Notes under the pieces: model-generated
Seen by the model: only the letters and a program-made list of their open reading frames with translations
Told to the model about the DNA's origin: nothing
The model's database searches: none
Part shown: positions 1 to 10,112 of the stretch, piece by piece
How positions within the stretch are numbered: the stretch's first letter is position 1
Layout: each line of letters opens with the position of its first letter
Position numbers and translations under genes: made by a program
Origin: Bacteroidales bacterium UBA4772
GTDB taxonomy: Bacteria; Bacteroidota; Bacteroidia; Bacteroidales; VadinHA17
Assembly (NCBI GenBank): GCA_002403305.1
Contig: DHHM01000017.1
Coordinates: forward strand, 29,298 to 93,297
Direction of reading: 5' to 3'
Length of the DNA stretch: 64,000 bases

Positions 1-644
1 GTGAAAAAACATACGTGAGGATGAGCTACGCCGCATCACTGCTGATAGTTGTGATCGGAATCATTGTAGGCTTCATGGTGACATCGATAAATGACGTAGT
101 GCTATGGATCACCGCAGCACTCTGGGGAGGATACACCGCCCCCAACTTTCTTAAATGGTACTGGTGGCGCTTCAACGGCTACGGCTATTTCTGGGGCATG
201 CTCTCCGGAGTGCTTGCAGCACTTTTCCTGCCGATGCTTAATCTTGAAATACTCCAGAACTGGCCGCTGACGGAGAACTTCAGCATGAATGCCTTCCCGG
301 TTATCTTCCTGATCTCTCTCATCGGCAGCGTGCTCGGATCACTGCTGACAAAAAAGGAAGACGACGAGACACTGAAGAAGTTCTACAGGCAGGTGAAACC
401 CTGGGGATTCTGGAAGCCCGTTGAAAGAATGGTGCTGGCTGAAGAGCCCTCCTTCAGGGCAAACCGCGACTTCTGGAGAGACATGTTCAACATCGTCGTG
501 GGAATCGTGTGGCAGATCTCGCTGATGGCCTTCCCTGTCTTCCTGGTTCTTCGTGAATGGACCCAGTTCTACGTGGCAACGGCAGTCATGATAGTCACTA
601 CCGTTATACTGAAATTTACCTGGTGGAATAAACTAAAAGACTAA
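1..644 (+). CDS. sodium:solute symporter-type transporter, C-terminal part (5' end outside window)
   Basis: Frame 3 is open from the window edge. The product has several hydrophobic helices and an aromatic-rich [15 protein letters not shown] segment typical of SSS-family C-termini. It sits directly upstream of the GH94 gene. Confidence 0.55.
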   Translation, partial: EKTYVRMSYAASLLIVVIGIIVGFMVTSINDVVLWITAALWGGYTAPNFLKWYWWRFNGYGYFWGMLSGVLAALFLPMLNLEILQNWPLTENFSMNAFPVIFLISLIGSVLGSLLTKKEDDETLKKFYRQVKPWGFWKPVERMVLAEEPSFRANRDFWRDMFNIVVGIVWQISLMAFPVFLVLREWTQFYVATAVMIVTTVILKFTWWNKLKD

Positions 645-651
645 GCCTGAC

Positions 652-3084
652 ATGAGATTCGGCCATTTTGATGATAACAATAGGGAATATGTAATTACCA
701 GCTACAGGACCCCCTACCCGTGGATTAACTATCTCGGCAACAGAGATTTCTTCTCCATAATCTCAAACACAGCCGGCGGTTACAGTTTCTACCGCGATGC
801 CCGTCTCCGCAGGCTGACACGCTACAGGTACAACAATGTACCGCTGGATGATGGTGGCAAATACTTCTATATCAATGACAACGGTAGCGTGTGGTCGCCC
901 GGCTGGAAGCCGGTGAAGGCCGATGTTGACGACTACTCATGCCGCCACGGCATGGGTTACACCGCCATTGGTGCGGAGAAGGACGGTCTGCGGGCCGATC
1001 TGCTCTGTTTCGTGCCGCTGGATGACACCTGCGAGGTGCAGCGCGTCACCCTCCGTAACAACAGTGGCAGGGCAAGGCGGATACGACTCTTCTCTTTCCT
1101 CGAGTGGTGCCTCTGGAATGCGCACGACGACCAGACCAACTTCCAGCGTAACCTCTCCACCGGCGAGGTGGAGGTTGAGGAGGGAGTGATCTACCACAAG
1201 ACCGAGTATCGCGAACGCCGCAACCACTATGCCTTCTACTCTGTCAATGCACCTGTTGCCGGGTTCGACACAGACAGGGAAAGCTTCCTGGGAATCTATA
1301 ACGGATTTGACCGTCCCGATACGGTCTTTGCAGGCAAACCGCGCAACAGCATCGCACACGGATGGTCACCGGTAGCATCACACTGCCTTGAGATTGACCT
1401 CGAACCGGGTGAGAAAAAGGAACTGGTGTTTCTGCTTGGTTATGTGGAGAATCCCGAAAGTGAGAAGTTCATCGCTCCAAAGGTGATCAACAAGACCAGG
1501 GCAAAGGCTATGATCGGCAGGTATGACACTGTGGAGAAGGTTGACGTCGCCTTCAGTGAGCTGGCAGATTACTGGGAGCGGCAGCTTTCGGTGATCTCGC
1601 TTGACCACCCCGACCCGCGCCTGTCGCGCATGGTCAACATCTGGAACCCCTACCAGTGCATGGTAACCTACAACATGTCACGCAGTGCTTCCTATTTTGA
1701 GTCGGGCATCGGCCGCGGTATGGGCTTTCGCGACTCCAACCAGGATCTTGCCGGATATGTTCATATGACACCGCAGCTGGCCAGGGAGAGGATCATAGAC
1801 ATAGCCTCCACCCAGTTCGATGACGGGAGCGCATACCATCAGTACCAGCCGCTGACAAAGAGAGGCAACGCCGAGATAGGAGGCAACTTCAACGACGACC
1901 CCCTCTGGCTTATCTTCGGGGTGGCAACATACCTTAAGGAGACAGGCGACTGGTCGATACTCGATGAGACAGTGCCCTTCAACAACGACCCCGCCAACAC
2001 CGCCAGCCTCTTTGAGCACCTGAACCGGTCGTTCCGGCACGTTGTGAATCACCTCGGACCCCACCGCCTGCCGCTGATAGGACGGGCCGACTGGAACGAC
2101 TGCCTGAACCTTAACTGCTTCTCCACCAATCCTGATGAGAGCTTCCAGACCACTGAAAACCAGAAGGGAGGCAAGGCGGAGTCGCTCTTCATAGCCGCCA
2201 TGTTTGTGCTCTACGGTAATGACTTCGTCGCCATTGCCCGGAAAAGAGGCGAAGACCGGCTCGCCGACGAAGCAGAGCAGCATATCAGGAGCATGGCTGA
2301 AGCCATCGACGCACACGGCTGGGACGGCGAATGGTTCCTGCGGGCCTATGATTTCTACGGCAACAAGGTGGGCAGCAAGGAGAACGAGGAGGGTAAGATC
2401 TTCATCGAGACCCAGGGCATGTGCATCATGGCAGGCATCGGACTGGAAGACGGCAGGGCCCTGCAGGCACTCTCCTCCGTCAATCAACACCTGGCATGCG
2501 AATACGGCATAGTGCTTAACAACCCGGCTTTCACAAAATACTACCTGCAACTGGGTGAGATATCGAGCTATCCCGAGGGTTACAAGGAAAATGCCGGCAT
2601 CTTCTGCCACAACAACCCCTGGGTTATCATCTCCGAGACCCTTACTGGCAACGGCAACAGGGCCTTCGACTACTACAGCAGGATCACACCTTCATACCTT
2701 GAGGAGATAAGTGACCTGCACAGGACGGAGCCCTATGTCTATTCACAGATGATAGCGGGTAAAGATGCCTTCCTTCCCGGCGAGGCGAAGAACAGCTGGC
2801 TGACAGGCACCGCCGCATGGTGCCTCTACGCGGTCACCAACTACATCCTGGGTATAAGGCCCGATTATGACGGGCTGATCATCGAACCGTGCATCCCGGC
2901 CGACTGGGACGGCTTCACCGTCAGGCGCAAATTCCGGGGAGCAATCTATAACATCGAGGTGCTGAACCCGGAGCACAGGATGAAGGGTGCCTGGGAGATA
3001 ACCGTCGACGGCAAAAAACACGGCTCATCCCTGCTGCCACTCTTTACGGAAGGAACCGAACACAATGTAAGAGTGATAATGTAA
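652..3084 (+). CDS. GH94 cellobiose/cellodextrin phosphorylase
   Basis: 810 aa with ATG at 652. The N-terminus [30 protein letters not shown] and the overall length are typical of cellobiose/chitobiose phosphorylases. No signal peptide is present. Confidence 0.88.
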   Translation: MRFGHFDDNNREYVITSYRTPYPWINYLGNRDFFSIISNTAGGYSFYRDARLRRLTRYRYNNVPLDDGGKYFYINDNGSVWSPGWKPVKADVDDYSCRHGMGYTAIGAEKDGLRADLLCFVPLDDTCEVQRVTLRNNSGRARRIRLFSFLEWCLWNAHDDQTNFQRNLSTGEVEVEEGVIYHKTEYRERRNHYAFYSVNAPVAGFDTDRESFLGIYNGFDRPDTVFAGKPRNSIAHGWSPVASHCLEIDLEPGEKKELVFLLGYVENPESEKFIAPKVINKTRAKAMIGRYDTVEKVDVAFSELADYWERQLSVISLDHPDPRLSRMVNIWNPYQCMVTYNMSRSASYFESGIGRGMGFRDSNQDLAGYVHMTPQLARERIIDIASTQFDDGSAYHQYQPLTKRGNAEIGGNFNDDPLWLIFGVATYLKETGDWSILDETVPFNNDPANTASLFEHLNRSFRHVVNHLGPHRLPLIGRADWNDCLNLNCFSTNPDESFQTTENQKGGKAESLFIAAMFVLYGNDFVAIARKRGEDRLADEAEQHIRSMAEAIDAHGWDGEWFLRAYDFYGNKVGSKENEEGKIFIETQGMCIMAGIGLEDGRALQALSSVNQHLACEYGIVLNNPAFTKYYLQLGEISSYPEGYKENAGIFCHNNPWVIISETLTGNGNRAFDYYSRITPSYLEEISDLHRTEPYVYSQMIAGKDAFLPGEAKNSWLTGTAAWCLYAVTNYILGIRPDYDGLIIEPCIPADWDGFTVRRKFRGAIYNIEVLNPEHRMKGAWEITVDGKKHGSSLLPLFTEGTEHNVRVIM

Positions 3085-3146
3085 TCATATGAGACTTACC
3101 GGAGCAACAGCCCGAATAAGTATTTATTTACTACCTTACATTTGTG

Positions 3147-3165
3147 TTTCATTCGACCAATGAGA
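3147..3165. promoter_or_regulatory. 7-5-7 inverted repeat TTTCATT-CGACC-AATGAGA (candidate operator)
   Basis: Palindromic arms were read directly. The core 21-mer CATTCGACCAATGARATAAAT recurs at 28332-28352. Confidence 0.35.
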
Positions 3166-3328
3166 TAAATAATCTTTAATGGGGTTTCCGATCTTTACCC
3201 GTGAAATGTGTAATATGCTAATTATCAACAAATTAAAAAACAAAGGATCTTTTCATAAGTAACTGATTATCAATTTTATCAAAAAAACTACGGGAGATGA
3301 TAAGATACCCCATTTAATCCTTATACAA

Positions 3329-5068
3329 ATGAAAACTTTGCTGACCATCCTCACTCCGGCGCTCCTGGTGCTCCTTGCAGCATCAGGCTGCGGCAACCCA
3401 TCCCTGAAGAAAGCCAGGATTGCATCACCGGCTGACACCGGATCACTCTTGGTAAACCAGGTAGGGTACCTTCCCGAAGCACCAAAGGTGGCTCTCATAA
3501 GAGATGAGGCTGCCGAATTTGAGATCATCGATGCGGTGAGCGGCAAGAAAGTCTTTGCGGGCACCGCCGGCGAAGCTGGCTACTGGGAGCTCTCGGGCGA
3601 TACTGTGCGCGCGGCCGACTTTTCAGAGCTGACGCAACCGGGAACATACAGGCTCTGCCTGGAGGGTACGGAGCGCTGCTCGGCACCCTTCAGCATCGGT
3701 GTTGATGTCTACAGGGAGATCACAAAAGCCTCGGTGAAATCGTTTTACTTTAACCGCTCAGGACAGGAGATCACTGAAGGATACGGAACCAATTGGGCTC
3801 GTCCCGCAGGCCATCCCGACACCGCTGTCATCGTTCACCCGTCGGCCGCCTCGGCAAAAAGACCGGCCGGCACTGTCATATCCAGTCCCGGCGGATGGTA
3901 TGACGCCGGCGACTATAACAAGTATGTCGTCAATAGCAGCATCACCAACTGGACCCTTTTGCTCTTCTACCAGCTTTTCCCTGACTACTGCGGCGCCCTC
4001 GACCTCAACATCCCTGAGAGCAGCAATGATATCGCCGACCTGGTGGATGAACTGCTCTACAACCTCAGGTGGTACCTCACCATGCAGGACCCGTATGACG
4101 GAGGAGTATATCACAAGCTTACAACAAAGGCCTTCAGCGGATTCGTCATGCCCCATGAGGCTACGGAGACACGCTATGTGGTTCAGAAGAGCACTGCTGC
4201 CGCGCTCGATTTCGCTGCCGTGACGGCGATGGCATACCGCGTCTTTGCCGATGATCCGTCTGAAGAACTGCGTACCCTGGCAGCCGGGTGCCTCGAAGCA
4301 TCGGACAGAGCCATGAGCTGGGCAGAGGCCCATCCTACCATGATATACATGCAGCCGCCGGATATCTCTACAGGAGCATATGGCGATAACAACCTCTATG
4401 ACGAGCTTTTCTGGGCCCGGGCAGAGAGGGCACTGGCACATGAGACTATCCCCGAACCCGGATTTCTCAAAGGCATAAAGGCTGTCGATCCCTCCTGGAA
4501 CCAGTCGGCCACACTGGGACTGATCTCCCTGGCGCTGTCGGAAAGTGCTGCATTCACAGAGCTGCGGGAGGCATCAAAAACCCTCATCATAGACTATGCT
4601 AACGAGCTGGTTGAAAAGTCGGCATCCTCTCCCTATCTCATCAGCCTCGACCAGTTTGCCTGGGGAAGCAACTCCGGTGTGGCAAACCAGGCCCTGATCA
4701 AGATAATCGCCATGAAGCTGACGAACAATACCAAATACATGCCTTCGCTCCAGGCCGATGTCAACTGGCTGCTTGGCACCAATCCTGCAGGATACTGCTT
4801 TGTGACGGGATTCGGGACACTCTCCCCAATGAATATTCATCACCGTCCGTCCGGCGCTGACGGTGTGCCGGAACCGGTGCCCGGCTTCCTGGCGGGAGGG
4901 CCCAACACGGTGGTGATGAACGACTGCCAGCCGCCGGTACCGCGTTCATCGTTCCCGGCAAAGTCATACACCGACAGCGAGTGCAGCTACTCCACGAATG
5001 AGATAGCCATCAACTGGAATGCACCGCTGGTCTTCGTTCTCGGAGCGATGGAGAACATGATTCCATAA
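3329..5068 (+). CDS. GH9 endoglucanase, lipoprotein
   Basis: Lipobox LLAASGC. GH9 signatures present: GGWYDAGDYNKY, HHRPS, LAGGPN and a C-terminal YSTNEIAINWNAPL. The N-terminal region is Ig-like. Confidence 0.85.
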   Translation: MKTLLTILTPALLVLLAASGCGNPSLKKARIASPADTGSLLVNQVGYLPEAPKVALIRDEAAEFEIIDAVSGKKVFAGTAGEAGYWELSGDTVRAADFSELTQPGTYRLCLEGTERCSAPFSIGVDVYREITKASVKSFYFNRSGQEITEGYGTNWARPAGHPDTAVIVHPSAASAKRPAGTVISSPGGWYDAGDYNKYVVNSSITNWTLLLFYQLFPDYCGALDLNIPESSNDIADLVDELLYNLRWYLTMQDPYDGGVYHKLTTKAFSGFVMPHEATETRYVVQKSTAAALDFAAVTAMAYRVFADDPSEELRTLAAGCLEASDRAMSWAEAHPTMIYMQPPDISTGAYGDNNLYDELFWARAERALAHETIPEPGFLKGIKAVDPSWNQSATLGLISLALSESAAFTELREASKTLIIDYANELVEKSASSPYLISLDQFAWGSNSGVANQALIKIIAMKLTNNTKYMPSLQADVNWLLGTNPAGYCFVTGFGTLSPMNIHHRPSGADGVPEPVPGFLAGGPNTVVMNDCQPPVPRSSFPAKSYTDSECSYSTNEIAINWNAPLVFVLGAMENMIP

Positions 5069-5155
5069 CATAGATCAGGAAAGTAAATGCCTCCCGGGAC
5101 TGATCGATCCGCAGAAAAGAGTAAATTTAAGCACGCAGATCAAATCAGTTAAGCA

Positions 5156-6349
5156 ATGAGTACCAGGAGAGCTTTTATAAAAAAGAGCGGGTTAACCGCA
5201 GGCGGACTGGCAACAGCAACCGTTCTGGGCGGCAGCATGCTGCCGGGTGGTGAGGGCAATGCAGTCAGGCAGCAGGGCGTGAAGGGCCTGAAGATCACGA
5301 AGATGTTTGCTGATCCCCTCACCTATGAGATGGAACCCTTTCCGATCGCCCTGGGCGTGATGACAAACCTTGACAATGCCTTTGTCAGAATTGTACTTGA
5401 GAACGGTATTGAAGGTTACGGGGAAGCCGCACCCATAATGACCATCAACGGTGAGAACCAGCAAACCATCCTTGGTACCCTGAACAGCTGCCGTGAGTTC
5501 ATTGTCGGTCAGGATATAAATAACTACAGGTCAATTGCCTACACTCTGAAGAGTGCTTTCTGGGCCCAGTCGGCCGCCAGGTGCGCCATCGAGATGGCCC
5601 TGCTCGATGCCTACACAAAAACGCTGGGGATTCCCTTTTACCGCTTCCTGGGAGGAACTGAAACCAAAATAGAGACTGATTATACAATCGCGATAGTCCC
5701 TGGTGAAGAGGCAAAGAGACAGGCCATCAAGCTTGCATCCGAGGGTTTCAGGGTCATAAAGACAAAAGTGGGGGTTAACCTGAAGGAGGACATTGACAGA
5801 GTACTTGCAATAAAAGACGGTGCCCCTGAATGCGGACTGCTTATTGATGCCAACCAGGGCTATAACCCAAAAACTGCACTGCGCTTCATCAATGAGGTGG
5901 TGAAACATGACATCTACCCGGTGATGTTTGAGCAACCGGTTCTGAAATCTGACCTTGCCGGGATGAAATATGTGCGCGACAATACCGAGATCCTGGTTGG
6001 CGCCGACGAGTCGGTTTTCACCCGGGCGGATGCCATCAATGTTGTACGTACGGGCTGCGCCGATGCCATCAACATCAAGTTAATGAAATCGTGCATAATA
6101 GAGGCACTGGATATCGCCGCCGTGGCACGCAGCGCCAATCTGAAACTGATGATCGGCTGCATGGTTGAGACAAACCTTGCCCTGGCATGTGCAATTCATT
6201 TTGCTGCCGGTGTGGGAGGTTTCGACTTTATTGACCTCGACCCCTCCTTTGATGCCACAAAGTGCCCGGTCAGGGGAGGACCTGTTTACTCACCCCCGTA
6301 CTGGACAATAGGCTCAGGAGCAGGCCTGGGGTTCAGTGGCAGGCAGTAG
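5156..6349 (+). CDS. enolase-superfamily dipeptide epimerase / MLE-subgroup enzyme with twin-arginine signal
   Basis: Catalytic and metal motifs VIKTKVG (KxK), DANQG, EQP, ADES and IKLMK are present. The N-terminus MSTRRAFIKKSGLTAGGLATA matches the Tat consensus S/T-R-R-x-F-L-K. Confidence 0.75.
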   Translation: MSTRRAFIKKSGLTAGGLATATVLGGSMLPGGEGNAVRQQGVKGLKITKMFADPLTYEMEPFPIALGVMTNLDNAFVRIVLENGIEGYGEAAPIMTINGENQQTILGTLNSCREFIVGQDINNYRSIAYTLKSAFWAQSAARCAIEMALLDAYTKTLGIPFYRFLGGTETKIETDYTIAIVPGEEAKRQAIKLASEGFRVIKTKVGVNLKEDIDRVLAIKDGAPECGLLIDANQGYNPKTALRFINEVVKHDIYPVMFEQPVLKSDLAGMKYVRDNTEILVGADESVFTRADAINVVRTGCADAINIKLMKSCIIEALDIAAVARSANLKLMIGCMVETNLALACAIHFAAGVGGFDFIDLDPSFDATKCPVRGGPVYSPPYWTIGSGAGLGFSGRQ

Positions 6350-6397
6350 GTCAGTCGGCAGTCGGCAGTCGGCAGTCGGCAGTCGGCAGTCGGCAGT
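6344..6397. repeat. heptanucleotide tandem repeat (CAGTCGG)n, six perfect units plus degenerate flanks
   Basis: Counted directly: perfect units run 6352-6393, a degenerate unit CAGTAGG contains the epimerase stop codon, and a partial unit lies at the 3' end. Confidence 0.95.
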
Positions 6398-6513
6398 AGC
6401 ACAAGACATTCCCCTAAAATCATATGCCGTAGGCATTACAGTATTGTAGCACAATGCGTTAATCCCAAAAACATATGCCGTAGAGCCAGAATTGCTATCG
6501 GAAATCCCCGCTA

Positions 6514-6804
6514 TTATATCTTCAGATAATCTCCCAGCGCCGCCACATACTCCGCAAATTTCTTCCGTCCCAGGTCGGTGATGCTGCACATCGTCTGGGG
6601 ATAACTCTCGCCGAAGCTCTTGCTCACCGATATGTAACCCGCATCCTTCAGCTTCCCTATCTGCACGCTGAGATTTCCCGCTGTCGCCTCGGTCTTCTCA
6701 CGCAGGTAACTGAAGCCGGCGCTGTCGACGCTTATCAGCACCGACATTATCGCCAGCCTGAGCTGCGAATGCAGCAACGGATCAAGCTCCCTGAAAGGTG
6801 TCAT
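6514..6804 (-). CDS. small winged-helix transcriptional regulator
   Basis: 96 aa with a wHTH-like pattern LHSQLRLAIMSVL...ATAGNLSVQIGKLKDAGYI. It overlaps the upstream membrane-protein gene by 23 nt, suggesting an operon. Confidence 0.6.
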   Translation of the reverse strand: MTPFRELDPLLHSQLRLAIMSVLISVDSAGFSYLREKTEATAGNLSVQIGKLKDAGYISVSKSFGESYPQTMCSITDLGRKKFAEYVAALGDYLKI

Positions 6805-7378
6805 GGCTGCCCCTTTTTCTGAGTAAATAACCGGGTATAAGATACCCTACAATCATTGCCACCGGCATCGCCAGCCCCGAGACGGTCTCACCGCCGAAAT
6901 GTGCCACCAGCGCCAGGAACCAGAAGGCGCCGGCACCCCACATAAGCGGCCTGAACTTGAGTATCACCCCTGAAATAAACAACGGAATGGCGGCCATTAA
7001 CAGCATATACTTCGCCACACTGCCTGTCTCAAGCGGGTATACAATGAAAAAAACTATTGAAGCAAATAAAAATGCTATCCATGTCCATACGTAGATACTC
7101 GTTCCGTAAGTAAAGACCTTCTCCTTCTTGCCTCTGGTGAATCCGTAGATAAGCGATACCACCGTCCCGGGAATGACAAAGAACCAGACATACCAGGAGT
7201 TTGTCCATCCGACAAACTTCCAGAGAATGAACTCGGAGAGGCTGCATACAAAGATCAGCCAGCCCCAGAACAGAAGGTGAAAGCTCGACTGAGTGACACT
7301 CACTCTGGTCTTGTTGATCATCTCAGTGATGACGCTCAGGCTCTCCTCTCCGGTCATCATTTTTTCTTCATTTTCCAT
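6782..7378 (-). CDS. multi-pass membrane protein of unknown function
   Basis: About five hydrophobic helices. I chose ATG at 7378 (MENEEK) because the track start at 7426 is a TTG that overlaps the -7 box at 7423-7430. Confidence 0.5.
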   Translation of the reverse strand: MENEEKMMTGEESLSVITEMINKTRVSVTQSSFHLLFWGWLIFVCSLSEFILWKFVGWTNSWYVWFFVIPGTVVSLIYGFTRGKKEKVFTYGTSIYVWTWIAFLFASIVFFIVYPLETGSVAKYMLLMAAIPLFISGVILKFRPLMWGAGAFWFLALVAHFGGETVSGLAMPVAMIVGYLIPGYLLRKRGSHDTFQGA

Positions 7379-7422
7379 GGCTTTTGTTACTTTTACATTA
7401 TATGTTGAAATAAATTCTTGCG

Positions 7423-7430
7423 ACAAATAT
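7423..7430 (-). promoter_or_regulatory. Bacteroidota -7 promoter box TATATTTG
   Basis: The reverse complement of CAAATATA matches TAnnTTTG, about 45 nt upstream of the ATG at 7378. Confidence 0.4.
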
Positions 7431-7541
7431 AAACTAGTTTATGTTATAAACCTAATTATTTTATAGATTATTTTTGAGATCAGACGGGGTTTTGACTTAT
7501 TAAGTTGTATTATAGATATTTAACAATATAATAACATATTT

Positions 7542-7892
7542 ATGGGAGTGATCAGGATTGAGGATATGGAGTTTTATGCCTTTCACGGGCATTACCGCGA
7601 GGAGCAGATAGTGGGCAATCACTTCATGGTTGATGTGACAATTGAGACTGACACTGACAGGGCAGGGAAGAGTGATGAGCTCAGTGACACCCTCAATTAC
7701 CAGGCGGCATATCTCGTGGTGAAGAAGGAGATGGAGACCACATCAAACCTCCTGGAACATATTGCCACAAGGATACTTGATGCTCTTTACAGGGAGATGG
7801 CCGGCATCATCAAGGCGACGGTAAAGGTGTCGAAGCTCAACCCGGTCATGGGCGGCAGGATAGGCAGGGTCAGCGTTGAACTGGAGAGGTAG
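7542..7892 (+). CDS. folB: dihydroneopterin aldolase
   Basis: 116 aa. The pattern IRIEDMEFYAFHGHYREEQIVGNHFMVDV is typical of FolB. Confidence 0.85.
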   Translation: MGVIRIEDMEFYAFHGHYREEQIVGNHFMVDVTIETDTDRAGKSDELSDTLNYQAAYLVVKKEMETTSNLLEHIATRILDALYREMAGIIKATVKVSKLNPVMGGRIGRVSVELER

Positions 7893-7958
7893 CCCTCTCC
7901 TCCCGTCCTGCCAGTTTCGATCATGTGCCTCCGGTGCAGGATTTATCTCAAATACACC

Positions 7959-7966
7959 TATTTTTG
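7959..7966 (+). promoter_or_regulatory. -7 promoter box TATTTTTG
   Basis: Matches TAnnTTTG 23 nt upstream of the glnS ATG at 7989. It lies inside the longer track ORF that starts at 7923. Confidence 0.4.
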
Positions 7967-7988
7967 TACTCTCAATTTACTAAACTAC

Positions 7989-9689
7989 ATGAAAGAACCT
8001 GAATCAATATTAAAACCCGAGTCACAGCACTTTATTGAACAAGCGATAGAGAAGGACCTGAGTGAGGGCAAGAACGGCGGGCGTGTGCACACCCGCTTCC
8101 CGCCAGAGCCGAACGGCTATCTTCATATAGGACATGCCAAGGCCATCTGTCTCGACTTCGGTATGGCAGAGCAGTACGGCGGCAAGTGCAACCTCCGGTT
8201 TGATGACACCAATCCCACAAAGGAAGACGTTGAATATGTTGATTCGATAAAAGAAGATATCCGGTGGCTCGGCTTCACCTGGGAAGACCGCGAGTTCTAC
8301 GCTTCTGACTACTTCGGAAAATTGTGGGACTTTGCAGTGTCGCTTATAAAGCGCGGTCTGGCATATGTCGACGACCAGAGTGCGGAGGCGATCTCCGGGC
8401 AGAAGGGAACGGTAACCCGTCCGGGGGAAGAGAGTCGTTTCCGCAACCAGGATGTCCGGAGCATTGAGGAGAACCTTGATCTCTTTTACCGCATGAACGA
8501 GGGTGAGTTTGAAGAGGGCAGCCGAGTCCTCAGGGCAAAGATTGACATGGCCTCGCCCAACATGCACATGCGTGATCCGATCATATATCGAATTCTCAAG
8601 ACACCGCATCACCGTACCGGCAGCAAGTGGAAGGTCTATCCCATGTACGACTTCGCCCACGGGCAGTGCGATTACTTTGAAGGGATCACCCATTCACTCT
8701 GTACCCTTGAGTTCGAGGTACACCGGCCTCTCTACGACTGGTTCATCGATCAGCTCAAGACTGACGACTACCGTCCGCGACAGATAGAATTCAATCGTCT
8801 CAACCTAACCTATACAGTCATGAGTAAGCGCAAGCTGCTTGAGCTGGTGAAGGACAAAGTTGTAAGAGGCTGGGATGACCCCCGCATGCCAACACTGTGC
8901 GGGCTGCGCCGCAGGGGTTACACCCCGGAGTCTGTCAGGCGCTTCGTTGACCTGATAGGTTACACCAAGGTGGAGGCCATCAATGATGTTTCTCTATTGG
9001 AATATGCCATACGGGAGGACCTGAATAAGCGCGCCCCAAGGGTCTTCGGTGTGCTCAAACCCCTGAAGGTGATCATCATCAACTACTCCGGGAATATCAC
9101 CGAGGAGATGGATATAGAAAACAATCCCGGGGATGAAAGCCACGGCAGGCGCCTGGTGCCGTTCAGCAGGGAGCTCTTCATTGAACAGGATGATTTTATG
9201 GAGAATCCTCCTCACAAGTTCTTCCGTCTTGCCCCCGGCCAGGAGGTCAGGCTCAAGGGAGCTTATATCATTAAATGCACCGGAGTCGTGAAGAATGATG
9301 CCGGGGAGGTCACCGAGGTACACTGCAGCTATGACCCGGAGACGCGCAGCGGCGGACCGCAGGCCGGCCGCAAGGTAAAGGGCACCCTCCACTGGGTGTC
9401 GGCCTTACACGCCCTCGATGCCGAGGTCAGGCTCTACGACAGGCTCTTCAGCGATGAGGATCCATCAGGGCACAGGGATGTTGACCCGAGGGAATTCCTC
9501 AATCCCGATTCGCTGACCATACTCTCCGGCTGCAAGGTGGAGCCCTCACTTGCTGAAGCAAAGCCGCTCGACAAGTTCCAGTTCCAGAGGGTGGGTTACT
9601 TCTGTGTCGATTATGACAGCAGGCCCGGCAGGCTCGTCTTCAACCGCACCGTCGGGCTGAAGGACACCTGGGCCAGGATGAACAGATAG
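7989..9689 (+). CDS. glnS: glutaminyl-tRNA synthetase
   Basis: Class I motifs [11 protein letters not shown] (HIGH) and VMSKRK (KMSKS). The length and the C-terminal anticodon-binding region are typical of GlnRS. Start moved to MKEPES because of the promoter box. Confidence 0.93.
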   Translation: MKEPESILKPESQHFIEQAIEKDLSEGKNGGRVHTRFPPEPNGYLHIGHAKAICLDFGMAEQYGGKCNLRFDDTNPTKEDVEYVDSIKEDIRWLGFTWEDREFYASDYFGKLWDFAVSLIKRGLAYVDDQSAEAISGQKGTVTRPGEESRFRNQDVRSIEENLDLFYRMNEGEFEEGSRVLRAKIDMASPNMHMRDPIIYRILKTPHHRTGSKWKVYPMYDFAHGQCDYFEGITHSLCTLEFEVHRPLYDWFIDQLKTDDYRPRQIEFNRLNLTYTVMSKRKLLELVKDKVVRGWDDPRMPTLCGLRRRGYTPESVRRFVDLIGYTKVEAINDVSLLEYAIREDLNKRAPRVFGVLKPLKVIIINYSGNITEEMDIENNPGDESHGRRLVPFSRELFIEQDDFMENPPHKFFRLAPGQEVRLKGAYIIKCTGVVKNDAGEVTEVHCSYDPETRSGGPQAGRKVKGTLHWVSALHALDAEVRLYDRLFSDEDPSGHRDVDPREFLNPDSLTILSGCKVEPSLAEAKPLDKFQFQRVGYFCVDYDSRPGRLVFNRTVGLKDTWARMNR

Positions 9690-9762
9690 CCGGGAGTGCA
9701 GCGCAAAGAGCATATTGTTTGCGCAAAAACTGCGTTATAACAATATTCCGCGGAAAATACTT

Positions 9763-9770
9763 TATATTTG
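9763..9770 (+). promoter_or_regulatory. -7 promoter box TATATTTG
   Basis: Matches TAnnTTTG 14 nt upstream of tRNA position 1. Confidence 0.4.
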
Positions 9771-9783
9771 CAGCCGCATAACA

Positions 9784-9856
9784 ATGCTCCGTGGTGTAAT
9801 TGGCAACACGCCTGACTCTGGATCAGGAAAGTCTAGGTTCGAGCCCTAGCGGAGCA
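9784..9856 (+). tRNA. tRNA-Gln (anticodon CUG)
   Basis: Folded by hand. Acceptor TGCTCCG/CGGAGCA, D stem GTGT/ACAC, anticodon stem CCTGA/TCAGG, loop CTCTGGA (anticodon CTG), T stem CTAGG/CCTAG with loop TTCGAGC. It is 73 nt with no encoded CCA. Confidence 0.95.
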
Positions 9857-9857
9857 A
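9816..9857 (+). repeat. attL-like direct repeat (3' half of tRNA-Gln)
   Basis: 42 nt, 40/42 identical to 17302-17343 in the same orientation. Confidence 0.85.
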
Positions 9858-10112
9858 CTCAATTCCACCCATAAAGCTCTGATATATAAAACGATCAGAA
9901 CTTTTTCCTTTTATATCACTGAAACTATACTGAAACAAATTAACTGTTATGTCTTTTTGTTACCTCTCTGTTTGGTTTAAAAGAACGTCTATAATATTCT
10001 AAAATGCATTTTCAAAAATTTGACAAATTTTTTATAACAATGGAAATGATATCTTAACTTGCTAGTATTATTTTCAGAAATGTAAGATTAATGTTAACTA
10101 AACTTAACACTG

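Noticed and set aside
1678-2610. 310-aa minus-strand ORF, plus several shorter ones, inside the GH94 gene
   Set aside because: It is antisense shadow of a strongly supported 810-aa gene. The composition is Ala/Gly/Val/Leu-rich, as expected of the reverse frame of GC-rich coding DNA, and I see no independent motif.
3100-3108. A 9-mer CGGAGCAAC identical to the tRNA-Gln 3' end, also at 17493-17501, as possible extra att remnants
   Set aside because: A 9-nt match is expected by chance about once in a window of this size on both strands, and there is no flanking similarity.
6344-6397. Possible CRISPR array
   Set aside because: The unit is 7 nt, with no spacers and no cas genes in the window. 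It is a microsatellite, not a CRISPR.
6314-6589. 91-aa minus-strand ORF with an ADCRLPT peptide repeat
   Set aside because: The peptide repeat is simply the heptamer microsatellite translated. The ORF also overlaps the ends of two well-supported convergent genes.
7923-7988. N-terminal 22-codon extension of glnS given by the ORF track
   Set aside because: The extension contains a perfect TAnnTTTG promoter box and has no counterpart in GlnRS N-termini. ATG 7989 is preferred.
7989-9856. glnS immediately upstream of its cognate tRNA-Gln, as a possible regulatory unit
   Set aside because: The tRNA has its own promoter box, and a hairpin follows glnS. No leader or T-box-like structure is visible, so the adjacency is probably just synteny.
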